The notes beneath the pieces are model-generated. The model was not told the DNA's origin and did no database searches. It saw only the letters and a program-made list of their open reading frames with translations. From positions 1-38,471 of the forward strand of contig JAFQIQ010000187.1 in the NCBI GenBank assembly GCA_017397445.1: DNA of 38,471 bases, written 5' to 3'. A program made the position numbers and the translations under genes. The DNA comes from Lachnospira sp. Lineage in GTDB: Bacteria > Bacillota > Clostridia > Lachnospirales > Lachnospiraceae. How positions within the stretch are numbered: the first letter of the stretch is position 1; each line of letters starts with the position of its first letter. Shown here one piece after another: positions 18,565 to 27,516 of this stretch.

Positions 18565-21500
18565 ATGAGCAAAAAAGAGAATGTATTGGAATCGTGGATT
18601 ATGGTTGAGCACTTATCTGAAGGAGATATAAATCTAAGGGATAAATCAATCATAACATTTGGTGAACTTGAAGATAGTAACTATTACGAATTGCTGATTG
18701 GTGAAATACAAAAGAAAAAAATGAAGAAGCATCAAAAAGGTGGGATAGTAGTATATTTTGATATTTTTTCATTTAATGAAATTATTGATTTTTTGAGAAA
18801 GCAGTATAATTTATCAGCAACAGAACAGGAGATAACAGTTGGGGATAAGTTTTCTTTTGCCTTGTATTTTGATAAGGAATTAAAATTAAATTCGGAATTG
18901 ACATTTCTAACTGAAAGTTATTACATCAGAAAATATAAAAAAATACCAAGGGAAGCGGAATTTTCTGCATTTGAAGAAGAATACATAAAGAATTTTCAAG
19001 AATTATTCGAATGTCCGGAGGATGTTGATTATAGAGAACATTTTAACAAAGTTGTAGCATTTATTATAGAGAAAAATAATATCGTAATTAAGAACTGTAG
19101 AATGAAGGTATTATTAAATCTAGAAACAGATGCATCAAATTTACATTCATTTTTTGTTGGAGATTTGGAAAAAGCTAAGACAATTCGAACAAAGAATTTG
19201 GATGATTATATTTTAGGAAAGACCCAAAAGCGTGTTGATTTAGAAAGTAGAATTCAGTCAAAAAAATTTAGTGCAGATGAATTTTATAGTATTTTACAAC
19301 CGAATAATTATCCGATTGCAAGATTTCCGAGTAATCCAAAGTATGCACTTTCTCTTATGCAACAGGTAGCGGTGAATTTGTCAATTGGATATGATAATGA
19401 ACAAATTAGAAGCGTGAATGGACCACCTGGAACAGGAAAAACAACATTGTTAAAAGATATTTATGCAGAATTTGTAGTAGAACAAGCATATGAAATATCT
19501 TCTTTGCCAGAAAAGTGTATAAAGGGCTCAGAACAAACAAAATATTGGGAAAATGCGACTATTGGCATCTTGCCGGCAAGAATAGCTGAAAAAGGAGTCG
19601 TAGTTGCAAGTTCCAATAATGGTGCTGTTCAGAACATTGTTAATGAGTTGCCATTGCTAACAGGAATAGCTGAAGAGTTCAAAACGGAGATAATTGAAGC
19701 AGATTATTTTGGAGCTATTGCGAATTCTAAGGCAATAGCAGAATGGATAAAAGACGAAAATGGTGCCTCCCGTGAAGTATTAAGAAGAGAAGAAAAAGAG
19801 GAATGTGATAAATTTTGGGGGTTATTTTCTCTTGAAGGCGGCAGAAAAGAAAACATGGATTATATTGTTACAGTGTTAAAACATGTTGTGCATTATTTAG
19901 ATAATGATTATATATCTAATAATGAGATATATAGTGATTTTATGAAACAATATGACGAAGTATGCTCCTATAGGAAGAGAAGACAAACGATAGCGGATGA
20001 GATTAATAAACTAAGCATATTATTAAAGCAGATTTCAACTAAACAAGAAATCTATGCCAAAGAGAAAAATGATAGACAAATTGGAATAGAGAGAAAAAGT
20101 GCGAAATATTTAGAAGATATTAATTTGACGAAAGCTAGAATGATGACTTGTGAAAATGAGAAGCAAGAGTATCAAGAACGTTTAATTAATTTACGAGATA
20201 AGAAAGATAGCGTGGTACAATGTATTGAAGCATTAAAATTACAGAAACCAGGAATTTTTTCATTCGGAAAAGTTAGAAAAGAATATAAGGAGCGATGTAG
20301 AAAGTATTCAGATGAATTACAAGAATTAATATCGGATGAGCAATCTGCTAAGGAAAAGATTGTGGAAGTTGAGATGCAACTTAAAAAATTGCAGACCAAC
20401 ATAACAAATATGGAAAATGAAATTGCACAAGATAAGAAGTTGTTTGAGGGTTGGAGCGTAAAAACTAAATTTGAAATTGCTCAATTAGAAAAACTAGCAG
20501 AAGAACTAAGGCAAAAAATTAATAGTGTTGATGTTAAAGGGCCAGATTTTTCAATGGATTATGAATCTCTACAATTAAGTAATCCTTGGTTTGATATTGA
20601 ATATAGGAGACTTCAATCAAAATTATTCATTGCTGCTTTAAAAGTAAGAAAAGAATTTTTATATGAAAACTTAAAAAATATAAAAGCAGCTTATATCATA
20701 TGGAGTAAGCAAAAAGAACATTTGAATCATAAAGTGGTGATTTCAGAGGCATGGAATTGGATTAACATGGTTATTCCGGTTATTAGTTCTACATTTGCAA
20801 GTTTTTCCAGAATGTGTGCCAATATGGAGCCAGAAACTATAGGTCATTTATTTGTAGATGAAGCGGGACAAGCGCTTCCGCAGGCTAGTGTGGGTGCTAT
20901 TTTTAGAAGCCGACATGTTATGGTGGTTGGGGATCCGTCTCAGATTAAACCGGTACTTACTTTAGATTCTAGCGTTCTCAATATGCTAGGAGAACATTAT
21001 GGAGTATCTCAGAAGTACTTGTCTGAAAACGCATCTACTCAAACATTGGTAGATGAAATAAGCCAATATGGATTTTATAAGGATGATAACAAAGAAGAGT
21101 GGATTGGAATACCTTTATGGGTACATAGAAGGTGTAAATATCCTATGTTTGATATCGCAAATGAAATATCCTATGGTGGGAATATGGTACAAGGGGAAAA
21201 ACAAAATGGAATTGCTCAGTGGTTCGATATTAGCGGACGTGCAACTGATAAGTATGTTGTAGAACAAGGCGATTTTCTTCGGGAAAAGATTCAGGAAATG
21301 GTTATACAAAATCCAGATATTGTTGATAAAGAAAAGAAGGACATTATTTATGTGATTTCCCCTTTCAAAAATGTTGCTTATCAATTATCGCGTGAATTGA
21401 AAAAAATAGGGTTTACGCGTTATGATGAGAATGGCAAGCCAACAAATGTGGGAACAGTACATACATTTCAAGGTAAGGAGGCGCCTATTGTGTTTTTGGT

Positions 21501-21699
21501 ACTGGGAGCTGATGATAAATGTACTGGTGCGGCTAACTGGGCAATGGGAACAGAAAATCCTAACATTATGAACGTAGCAGCAACACGTGCTAAGGAACAA
21601 TTCTATATTATTGGGGACAAGAAATTATATTTGAAACTAAAGAGTGACGTAATAAATAAAACGTACGAGATAATCGAAAGGTTCAACTCGAATGCCTAA
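18565..21699 (+). CDS. Superfamily 1 (Upf1/DNA2/NAM7-like, AAA_11/AAA_12) helicase with long coiled-coil insertion
   Basis: GPPGTGKTT, ASSNNGAVQN, VDEAGQ, VGDPSQIKP, HRRC, ISPF, GTVHTFQGKE, NVAATRAK. Confidence 0.92.
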   Translation: MSKKENVLESWIMVEHLSEGDINLRDKSIITFGELEDSNYYELLIGEIQKKKMKKHQKGGIVVYFDIFSFNEIIDFLRKQYNLSATEQEITVGDKFSFALYFDKELKLNSELTFLTESYYIRKYKKIPREAEFSAFEEEYIKNFQELFECPEDVDYREHFNKVVAFIIEKNNIVIKNCRMKVLLNLETDASNLHSFFVGDLEKAKTIRTKNLDDYILGKTQKRVDLESRIQSKKFSADEFYSILQPNNYPIARFPSNPKYALSLMQQVAVNLSIGYDNEQIRSVNGPPGTGKTTLLKDIYAEFVVEQAYEISSLPEKCIKGSEQTKYWENATIGILPARIAEKGVVVASSNNGAVQNIVNELPLLTGIAEEFKTEIIEADYFGAIANSKAIAEWIKDENGASREVLRREEKEECDKFWGLFSLEGGRKENMDYIVTVLKHVVHYLDNDYISNNEIYSDFMKQYDEVCSYRKRRQTIADEINKLSILLKQISTKQEIYAKEKNDRQIGIERKSAKYLEDINLTKARMMTCENEKQEYQERLINLRDKKDSVVQCIEALKLQKPGIFSFGKVRKEYKERCRKYSDELQELISDEQSAKEKIVEVEMQLKKLQTNITNMENEIAQDKKLFEGWSVKTKFEIAQLEKLAEELRQKINSVDVKGPDFSMDYESLQLSNPWFDIEYRRLQSKLFIAALKVRKEFLYENLKNIKAAYIIWSKQKEHLNHKVVISEAWNWINMVIPVISSTFASFSRMCANMEPETIGHLFVDEAGQALPQASVGAIFRSRHVMVVGDPSQIKPVLTLDSSVLNMLGEHYGVSQKYLSENASTQTLVDEISQYGFYKDDNKEEWIGIPLWVHRRCKYPMFDIANEISYGGNMVQGEKQNGIAQWFDISGRATDKYVVEQGDFLREKIQEMVIQNPDIVDKEKKDIIYVISPFKNVAYQLSRELKKIGFTRYDENGKPTNVGTVHTFQGKEAPIVFLVLGADDKCTGAANWAMGTENPNIMNVAATRAKEQFYIIGDKKLYLKLKSDVINKTYEIIERFNSNA

Positions 21700-21728
21700 G
21701 ATAAATATGTAATGAAGGGAGAGTATGA

Positions 21729-22793
21729 ATGAGTAGAATTTTTTTTCTGGATGCGAATGCAATATATTCATATTATGGAAGAGATAAACTGGGATTTAAT
21801 TCAAAACCAGTAGATGAGAAAGCTTTGAGGCGCTTCCTATTAGGAAAAGAATTGAGTTTGCCGACTTCTGTTCTAATTGAGGTAATTACTCACTTTAGAG
21901 AAGATGTAGATAAGTTATATGATCTATTGCAGTTTATTCGAGAACTGGGATTGCCAATATACAATAACATGCCTGATTACTGCTATGAACCTTTAACGTT
22001 GATGGTGCTTAGTAATATGAATAAAGAAGAGTTGAAAAATTACTCGAGACATTTATTGGCGAAAAAGGTAGAAATAGAAGCAAAGTTTGTTTTGCTTTTT
22101 CATGAGATTACAAGAGATTTATATGCAGAGTACAAACTTAGAGGAACGAAATTATCTCAAGATGATAGAGATAGGGTATTGAATTTTATTGGTGTCAACG
22201 GATACAGAGATTGTGCCAAGCAATTAGAAGCTGAATTAGTGGGGCAATTGGAACAAGGATATCAAAATGGAAATGAGCAAAAGATACTGAAAGACTATTA
22301 TATTAATAAACTTAATGAATCCTGCATTTTGATTGATGAAATAATTGCTTGTGCAGTAGCTTATAAGAAATCAGAAAATGACTTTATTGAAGTGATTCAG
22401 AATACATATAATGATTCTATTAATGCTGGGTTAGATGGAACCAATGGAACGATGAAATGTATTGTAGATGTACTTGCTCAGGATAAAATTTTTTTGGATA
22501 AAGCAAAGACAACGATAGCGGCAATGTTTGGAAAGCATGCTTATTCAAAAAAACAAACACAATACTTGAGTAATGTCATGTTCACAGCATGGTTTAATAA
22601 TTCTCAAAAGCTTAGAAAGAATGATATTTTTGATATGTTCGTTGTGGGATGTTTAGATGCAAAGCCTAGAAGCACACCTAGTTGTATTTTAGAGGATAAT
22701 TCACCTTGTTTAATATCGTTTGATAAGACAATGAAGAATTTTATTGGAGTCGTTTATCCTTACAATTATCAATTGATCGAGAGCATAAAATAG
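21729..22793 (+). CDS. Hypothetical protein with PIN-like nuclease signature split by a large helical insert
   Basis: N-terminal IFFLDANAIY, PTSVLIE, and C-terminal NDIFDMFVV and LISFDK match the spacing of the PIN acidic tetrad. Confidence 0.65.
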   Translation: MSRIFFLDANAIYSYYGRDKLGFNSKPVDEKALRRFLLGKELSLPTSVLIEVITHFREDVDKLYDLLQFIRELGLPIYNNMPDYCYEPLTLMVLSNMNKEELKNYSRHLLAKKVEIEAKFVLLFHEITRDLYAEYKLRGTKLSQDDRDRVLNFIGVNGYRDCAKQLEAELVGQLEQGYQNGNEQKILKDYYINKLNESCILIDEIIACAVAYKKSENDFIEVIQNTYNDSINAGLDGTNGTMKCIVDVLAQDKIFLDKAKTTIAAMFGKHAYSKKQTQYLSNVMFTAWFNNSQKLRKNDIFDMFVVGCLDAKPRSTPSCILEDNSPCLISFDKTMKNFIGVVYPYNYQLIESIK

Positions 22794-23085
22794 GAGAGTG
22801 GCAAAATGAATCAACCTTCAAGCTGTTAAAAAGAGTGTAAAAATAACTTCGATTTTTGACTTAAACTAATATGCGGACTAGTATATCGCCAAATCTAGTA
22901 TCAGCATTTACAACAATTTTGTCTTCCTAAAGTGCTAAAATTTATCAGCGTACGCGCTAGCTGTTAAATCATTCCGAATGTCTGTACGCCAAGATGTAAC
23001 GGTAAGATTGCTAACATGTAAAAAGGCGTAAAGCCAGTATCTATGCGACTGTACGCTATCTGTTAAAGCGGGAGTTTATACTTCC

Positions 23086-23128
23086 GCATGTGGAGACCGT
23101 CTGTCTGCTCAGTAAAGTACAGAAATAG
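23086..23128 (+). repeat. attR-like displaced copy of the rlmD 3' end
   Basis: Reads HVETVCLLSKVQK* (23087-23128) versus rlmD HVETVCLLSKK*. Confidence 0.88.
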
Positions 23129-23226
23129 AAATGAGAGATATGCTCGAAATGGCTTGAAATAAAGGGTTTCTGCTAGTTGATACCTGCAGAGAGTGAAAGC
23201 TGGAAAGGGCAGAGAAAAAAGATGAA

Positions 23227-23586
23227 ATGCCTACTGATGAGATTATAAAAGAGGCAGAGGATAAAGGAATACAAGTGGGCTGGTCCAATCCATGCTTTGA
23301 AATATGGATGTACGCCTACTTTGGTTTTATGCCTGCAATCCAAGATTCTTGGACTTGTTGTTCGGATTTTGGACGGGTATATGAAGCCAAGACTGGGCAG
23401 AAGTATTCCAAGGCCGATGAGCAGATGTATGGCAAAATTTGCAAAGCCGGTGACGAAGAAAAGGCAATTCAGATAGCACAGCAGAAGCAGTGTAAAAGAG
23501 AAGGGGATTTCATAAGAGAATTAATAATGCAGTTGGAACGAAAATGCTTATTGACTTATATAAGAATAATAATTGGATATCCGTAA
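23227..23586 (+). pseudogene. RloB-like protein fragment
   Basis: WSNPCFEIWMYAYF matches the RloB SNPCFExW motif; N-terminal TOPRIM-like part and partner ATPase absent. Confidence 0.7.
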
Positions 23587-23589
23587 TTA

Positions 23590-23674
23590 TAAAGGTAGGT
23601 GTAGGTGATTTGTTACTTACCCTTACCTTTAGTCATTGGGGCTCAATGAGTGTTTGAATGAGCCCCTGATGACT
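23590..23674. terminator. Two tandem hairpins between convergent ORFs
   Basis: TAAAGGTAGG..GTAGGTGA/TTACTTAC..CCTTACCTTTA and AGTCATTGGGGCTCA/TGAGCCCCTGATGACT. Confidence 0.55.
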
Positions 23675-23717
23675 GTTTGTTGGCTCTTAAATATACAATT
23701 ATAATTTATAATATAAA

Positions 23718-25127
23718 CTATTTCTTGCGAATTATTGGCAGTAACTGGACAATTAGAATGCCAAGACCAACGCAGACAAGTTCTATGATTGCAAGCAGGT
23801 GTATGGAATTTACGGCTGCGGTTGCGGCGGTCATATTGTAACTTGTATTTGTGGACAAACGGGTAATTTCATTAGTAAACATAGGAACGAATACGGCTAC
23901 GCCAAAAGGTGCTGAGATGTCACGAAAGAGTCCGTAGATGCCCGTGCCGGCTCCCGCAGATGATTCCGGCAGATTCGAAAGCACGATTTTCATAAAGATA
24001 GTCGCATTTGCACCGAGGCCAAATCCAAGAATTCCAAGAGAAGAAGCAAGCAGCAAAAAAGCAGTTCCTTCTGTAAATGTTAACATAGTGGCGCAGCCTA
24101 CTGCAGTCAGCAGCAATGAACCTGTAAGGACGAACTTTGGTTCGTATCGGTCGGCCAGTGGTCCTATTAGAATCGCTCCCAGAGACATACCAATATACAT
24201 TATGGAGATAGCATATCCTGAGATGGCGGTATTGGTAGGCTGAGTGTAGTTTACAAAAACTATAGTGTTGGTCATATTCGCTTGCATTAATCCCTGTGTG
24301 AGAAAAAGAATTATTACAGGAAGGATGAATGCTTTTCTGGACATAAAGCTGCCTATGAGAATTGGATTCTTTGCATTTTTTTCAGCATAGACAAGTAATA
24401 CTAATGTGACGAGTGCCAGGAAAAGTGCAATGATAAATTGTATTGAAGTCCAGCCGAAATTTTGTCCGAAGGAAGGTACACAAAGTAAAAGGCTGAAAAA
24501 TGCGATAACAAAAAATGCACCGGTACGGTCAAAGTCTTTTAAAGTTTTTTTCTTGTAGCTCTCCTTTGGCAGTGTGAAAAGGCACAGAAAGAAAAAGATT
24601 CCGCAAATTATAGAAGAAATCCACATAAGCGCACGCCATCCGGATAATTCTATAATAAGCCCGCCAAGTGTGGGGCCGAAGATTACTGCTGCACTTGATA
24701 TAAGCATGTAAAGAGAAAATCCTTTTGCAATCATTTGAGGTGGAAATTCAGTAATAATATATGATATAACCGTTGGTGTTACGGCGGCAGAGCCTATACC
24801 TACTACGAATCTTGCAACAAGCAAAAATGGAAGAGATGTTGATAAGGCACTTAATATGGAACCGGACGTATAGATAATAATGCCAAACAATAATGTATTT
24901 CTTCTTCCATATATATCGCTTAATTTGCCGAGAATGGGTGCACATGCAGCGGTTGATATAGCCTGTGCCAGTGCTGTCCAGGTAGTATTATTATAATCAA
25001 GATTCATATCCTGCATAAAAGCGGGACCCAGTACAGTGGAAAGACCGCCAACGATACCGATAAGAAAGGCAGCAATGGCATAGGGAAGAAAGTTTTTCAT
25101 ATAATTAGTTTCTTTGGAATATTGCAT
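23718..25127 (-). CDS. baiG: 14-TMS MFS transporter, close homologue of bile acid transporter BaiG
   Basis: DYNNTTW, AACAPILGKL, PSFGQN, LFLTQGLM.ANMTN, AISIMYIGMSLG, NATIFMK, YGLFRDISAPFGVAVFVPMF match my recollection of Clostridium scindens BaiG. Confidence 0.75.
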   Translation of the reverse strand: MQYSKETNYMKNFLPYAIAAFLIGIVGGLSTVLGPAFMQDMNLDYNNTTWTALAQAISTAACAPILGKLSDIYGRRNTLLFGIIIYTSGSILSALSTSLPFLLVARFVVGIGSAAVTPTVISYIITEFPPQMIAKGFSLYMLISSAAVIFGPTLGGLIIELSGWRALMWISSIICGIFFFLCLFTLPKESYKKKTLKDFDRTGAFFVIAFFSLLLCVPSFGQNFGWTSIQFIIALFLALVTLVLLVYAEKNAKNPILIGSFMSRKAFILPVIILFLTQGLMQANMTNTIVFVNYTQPTNTAISGYAISIMYIGMSLGAILIGPLADRYEPKFVLTGSLLLTAVGCATMLTFTEGTAFLLLASSLGILGFGLGANATIFMKIVLSNLPESSAGAGTGIYGLFRDISAPFGVAVFVPMFTNEITRLSTNTSYNMTAATAAVNSIHLLAIIELVCVGLGILIVQLLPIIRKK

Positions 25128-25225
25128 ATATATACCTCTTTCTTTTTTTATAATTTAGTCAAAGATAGTATTTCCTTTTTAAACTATAATATGTGTATTT
25201 AAGGATATTTGGGACAGAATAAATG

Positions 25226-25240
25226 TTGAGAAGTTCTCAA
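25226..25240. promoter_or_regulatory. 7-1-7 inverted repeat, candidate Fur/PerR-family operator
   Basis: TTGAGAA-G-TTCTCAA just upstream of the ahpC RBS (AAAGGAG). Confidence 0.55.
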
Positions 25241-25262
25241 ATAAATAAAAGGAGTAATTACT

Positions 25263-25826
25263 ATGTCAATGATTAACAAAGAAATTGCAGATTTTAAGGC
25301 TTATGCATTTCACAATGATGATTTTAAGATGATATCTAAGGATGATATTTTAGGCAAGTGGAATGTGTTCTTTTTCTATCCTGCAGATTTTACATTTGTG
25401 TGTCCTACGGAATTAGAGGATTTGGCTGAAAAGTATGAAAAATTTAGAGAGATTGGATGTGAAATATATTCCGTATCTACTGACACACATTTTGTGCATA
25501 AGGCATGGCATGATGCATCAGAGCGTATTCGCAAGATTAATTATCCGATGCTTGCAGATCCGACTCACAGCATCGCAAGAGATTTTGAGGTGATTATTGA
25601 ATCTGATGGATTGGCAGAGAGAGGTACTTTTATTATTAATCCGGAAGGTAAGATTGTAGGTTACGAAGTTACAGCGGGAAATGTGGGAAGAAATGCAGAG
25701 GAACTGCTTAGAAAGGTACAGGCGTGCCAGTTTGTGCATGCACATGGTGACCAGGTGTGTCCTGCTAACTGGAAACCGGGAGCTGAAACATTAAAGCCTA
25801 GTCTTGATTGGGTGGGACAGTTGTAA
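25263..25826 (+). CDS. ahpC: Alkyl hydroperoxide reductase subunit C (2-Cys peroxiredoxin)
   Basis: FFYPADFTFVCPTE and QVCPANW. Confidence 0.96.
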   Translation: MSMINKEIADFKAYAFHNDDFKMISKDDILGKWNVFFFYPADFTFVCPTELEDLAEKYEKFREIGCEIYSVSTDTHFVHKAWHDASERIRKINYPMLADPTHSIARDFEVIIESDGLAERGTFIINPEGKIVGYEVTAGNVGRNAEELLRKVQACQFVHAHGDQVCPANWKPGAETLKPSLDWVGQL

Positions 25827-27469
25827 TGGTGGATACAGAGAATCTTTATGATGTAGTTATAATAGGTGGCGGTCCTGCAGGGCTCTCAGCGGCTATATAT
25901 CTTACTCGTGCAAAGTATTGCGTGCTGGTGCTTGAGAAAGAACAGTTTGGTGGTCAAATAACCATAACTCATGAAGTGGTAAATTATCCGGGAGTTGGAA
26001 AATGTAGTGGAAAGCAATTGACTGACACCATGTATAAGCAGGCGGAATATTTTGGTGCAGATTTCCTCATAGCTGAGGCTACAGGACTTGATTTGAGTGA
26101 GGATATTAAGATTGTGCATACAAGCAGAGGGGATTTTCAATGTCTTGGTGTTTTGATGGCAACAGGAGCACATCCCAGAATGGTAGGATTTAAGGGCGAA
26201 GCAGAACACAGAGGACGCGGAGTTGCTTATTGTGCCACCTGTGATGGTGAATTCTTTACGGGAAAAGAAATATTTGTTGTAGGAGGAGGATTCGCTGCGG
26301 CAGAAGAAAGTATATTTTTAACTAAATTTGCAAGTCATGTTACGATTATTATGCGAGGAGAGGATTTTTCCTGTGCAGAAGCAGTGGCGGAGCAGGCAAG
26401 AAATCATGAGAAAATTAGTGTAATAACTAATACTGTAGTGGAGGAAGTAAAGGGAGACGATGGTCTCAATTATATTCGCTATAAGAATCGGACCACCGGT
26501 GAGGTTACGGAGTATAACGCAAAAGCAGGGGAAGATTTCGGAGTGTTTGTATTTGTGGGATATGAGCCGGAAACGGAGCTGGTAAAAGATATTGCAAAAC
26601 TAAACGAGCAGGGTTATATTATCACTGATAAATCTCAAAAAACCAGTGTTGATGGGGTGTATGCTGCAGGTGATATATGTATTAAACCCCTTCGGCAGGT
26701 AGTAACGGCCACAAGCGATGGTGCACTTGCAGCAACGGAGCTCGAAAAATATGTATCAAAGGTGCAGAGCAGAACCGGAATTCGTACAAAGGACCCTGTG
26801 ATTCGAGAGAATAAAGTGAATGAAGAACAGGTTAAAAAGGTGCAAAATACAAAGAGTAACGGGATATTTTCACCGGAAATGTGTGCACAGTTAGAAACTG
26901 TTTTTGAGAGAATGGAGACTTCATTAGTATTGAAGCTCTATCTTGATAATCGACCTGTATCAAAGGAACTTGAGAAATATGTTACAGCATTGGCTGCTAT
27001 GACAGACAAGTTATCTGTAGAGATTGTGCAGGATAGCGAAGAGGAATATGCGCCTTGCGTAAAGTTGTACAAGGATAATGTATATACAGGACTTGCTTTT
27101 CACGGAGTTTTTGGAGGACATGAATTTACTTCATTTGTTTTGAGCTTGTATAATGCAGCGGGACCGGGGCAGACAATGGATGCTGATATTAGAAAGAGAC
27201 TTCTTGGAATAGAAAAAAAGGTTAATATTAAGATTTTAGTGACTTTATCATGCTCTATGTGTCCGGATTTGGTTGTGGCTGTTCAGCATATGGCTGCTGT
27301 GACAGAAAATATGACTGCAGAGATTTATGACATTAGCCATTATGATACTTTAAGAAATAAATATAAGGTTATGAGTGTGCCTTGTATGGTTATTAATGAT
27401 GAGCATGTATACTTTGGAAAGAAAAATATGCAGCAGGCCTTGGAGATTGTGGAAAGTATTGATAATTAA
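25826..27469 (+). CDS. Thioredoxin reductase-type flavoprotein with C-terminal AhpF-like thioredoxin folds
   Basis: IIGGGPAG, YCATCDG, VVGGG, YAAGD, then GHEFTSFVL and SCSMCPD; start overlaps the ahpC stop (TAATG). Confidence 0.9.
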   Translation: MVDTENLYDVVIIGGGPAGLSAAIYLTRAKYCVLVLEKEQFGGQITITHEVVNYPGVGKCSGKQLTDTMYKQAEYFGADFLIAEATGLDLSEDIKIVHTSRGDFQCLGVLMATGAHPRMVGFKGEAEHRGRGVAYCATCDGEFFTGKEIFVVGGGFAAAEESIFLTKFASHVTIIMRGEDFSCAEAVAEQARNHEKISVITNTVVEEVKGDDGLNYIRYKNRTTGEVTEYNAKAGEDFGVFVFVGYEPETELVKDIAKLNEQGYIITDKSQKTSVDGVYAAGDICIKPLRQVVTATSDGALAATELEKYVSKVQSRTGIRTKDPVIRENKVNEEQVKKVQNTKSNGIFSPEMCAQLETVFERMETSLVLKLYLDNRPVSKELEKYVTALAAMTDKLSVEIVQDSEEEYAPCVKLYKDNVYTGLAFHGVFGGHEFTSFVLSLYNAAGPGQTMDADIRKRLLGIEKKVNIKILVTLSCSMCPDLVVAVQHMAAVTENMTAEIYDISHYDTLRNKYKVMSVPCMVINDEHVYFGKKNMQQALEIVESIDN

Positions 27470-27471
27470 TC

Positions 27472-27508
27472 AAAAGCAGTGTGGGCAAATTTTGCCTACA
27501 CTGCTTTT
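27472..27508. terminator. Bidirectional intrinsic terminator
   Basis: AAAAGCAGTGTGGGCAA...TTGCCTACACTGCTTTT between convergent genes. Confidence 0.8.
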
Positions 27509-27516
27509 ATACATTG

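Larger units (their letters stand above)
15839..23128. mobile_element. Degenerate genomic island integrated at the rlmD 3' end (no recombinase left)
   Basis: Direct repeat GCATGTGGAGAC... at 15839 and 23086; AT-richer cargo of RM fragment, AlbA_2 protein, helicase and PIN-like protein. Confidence 0.85.
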
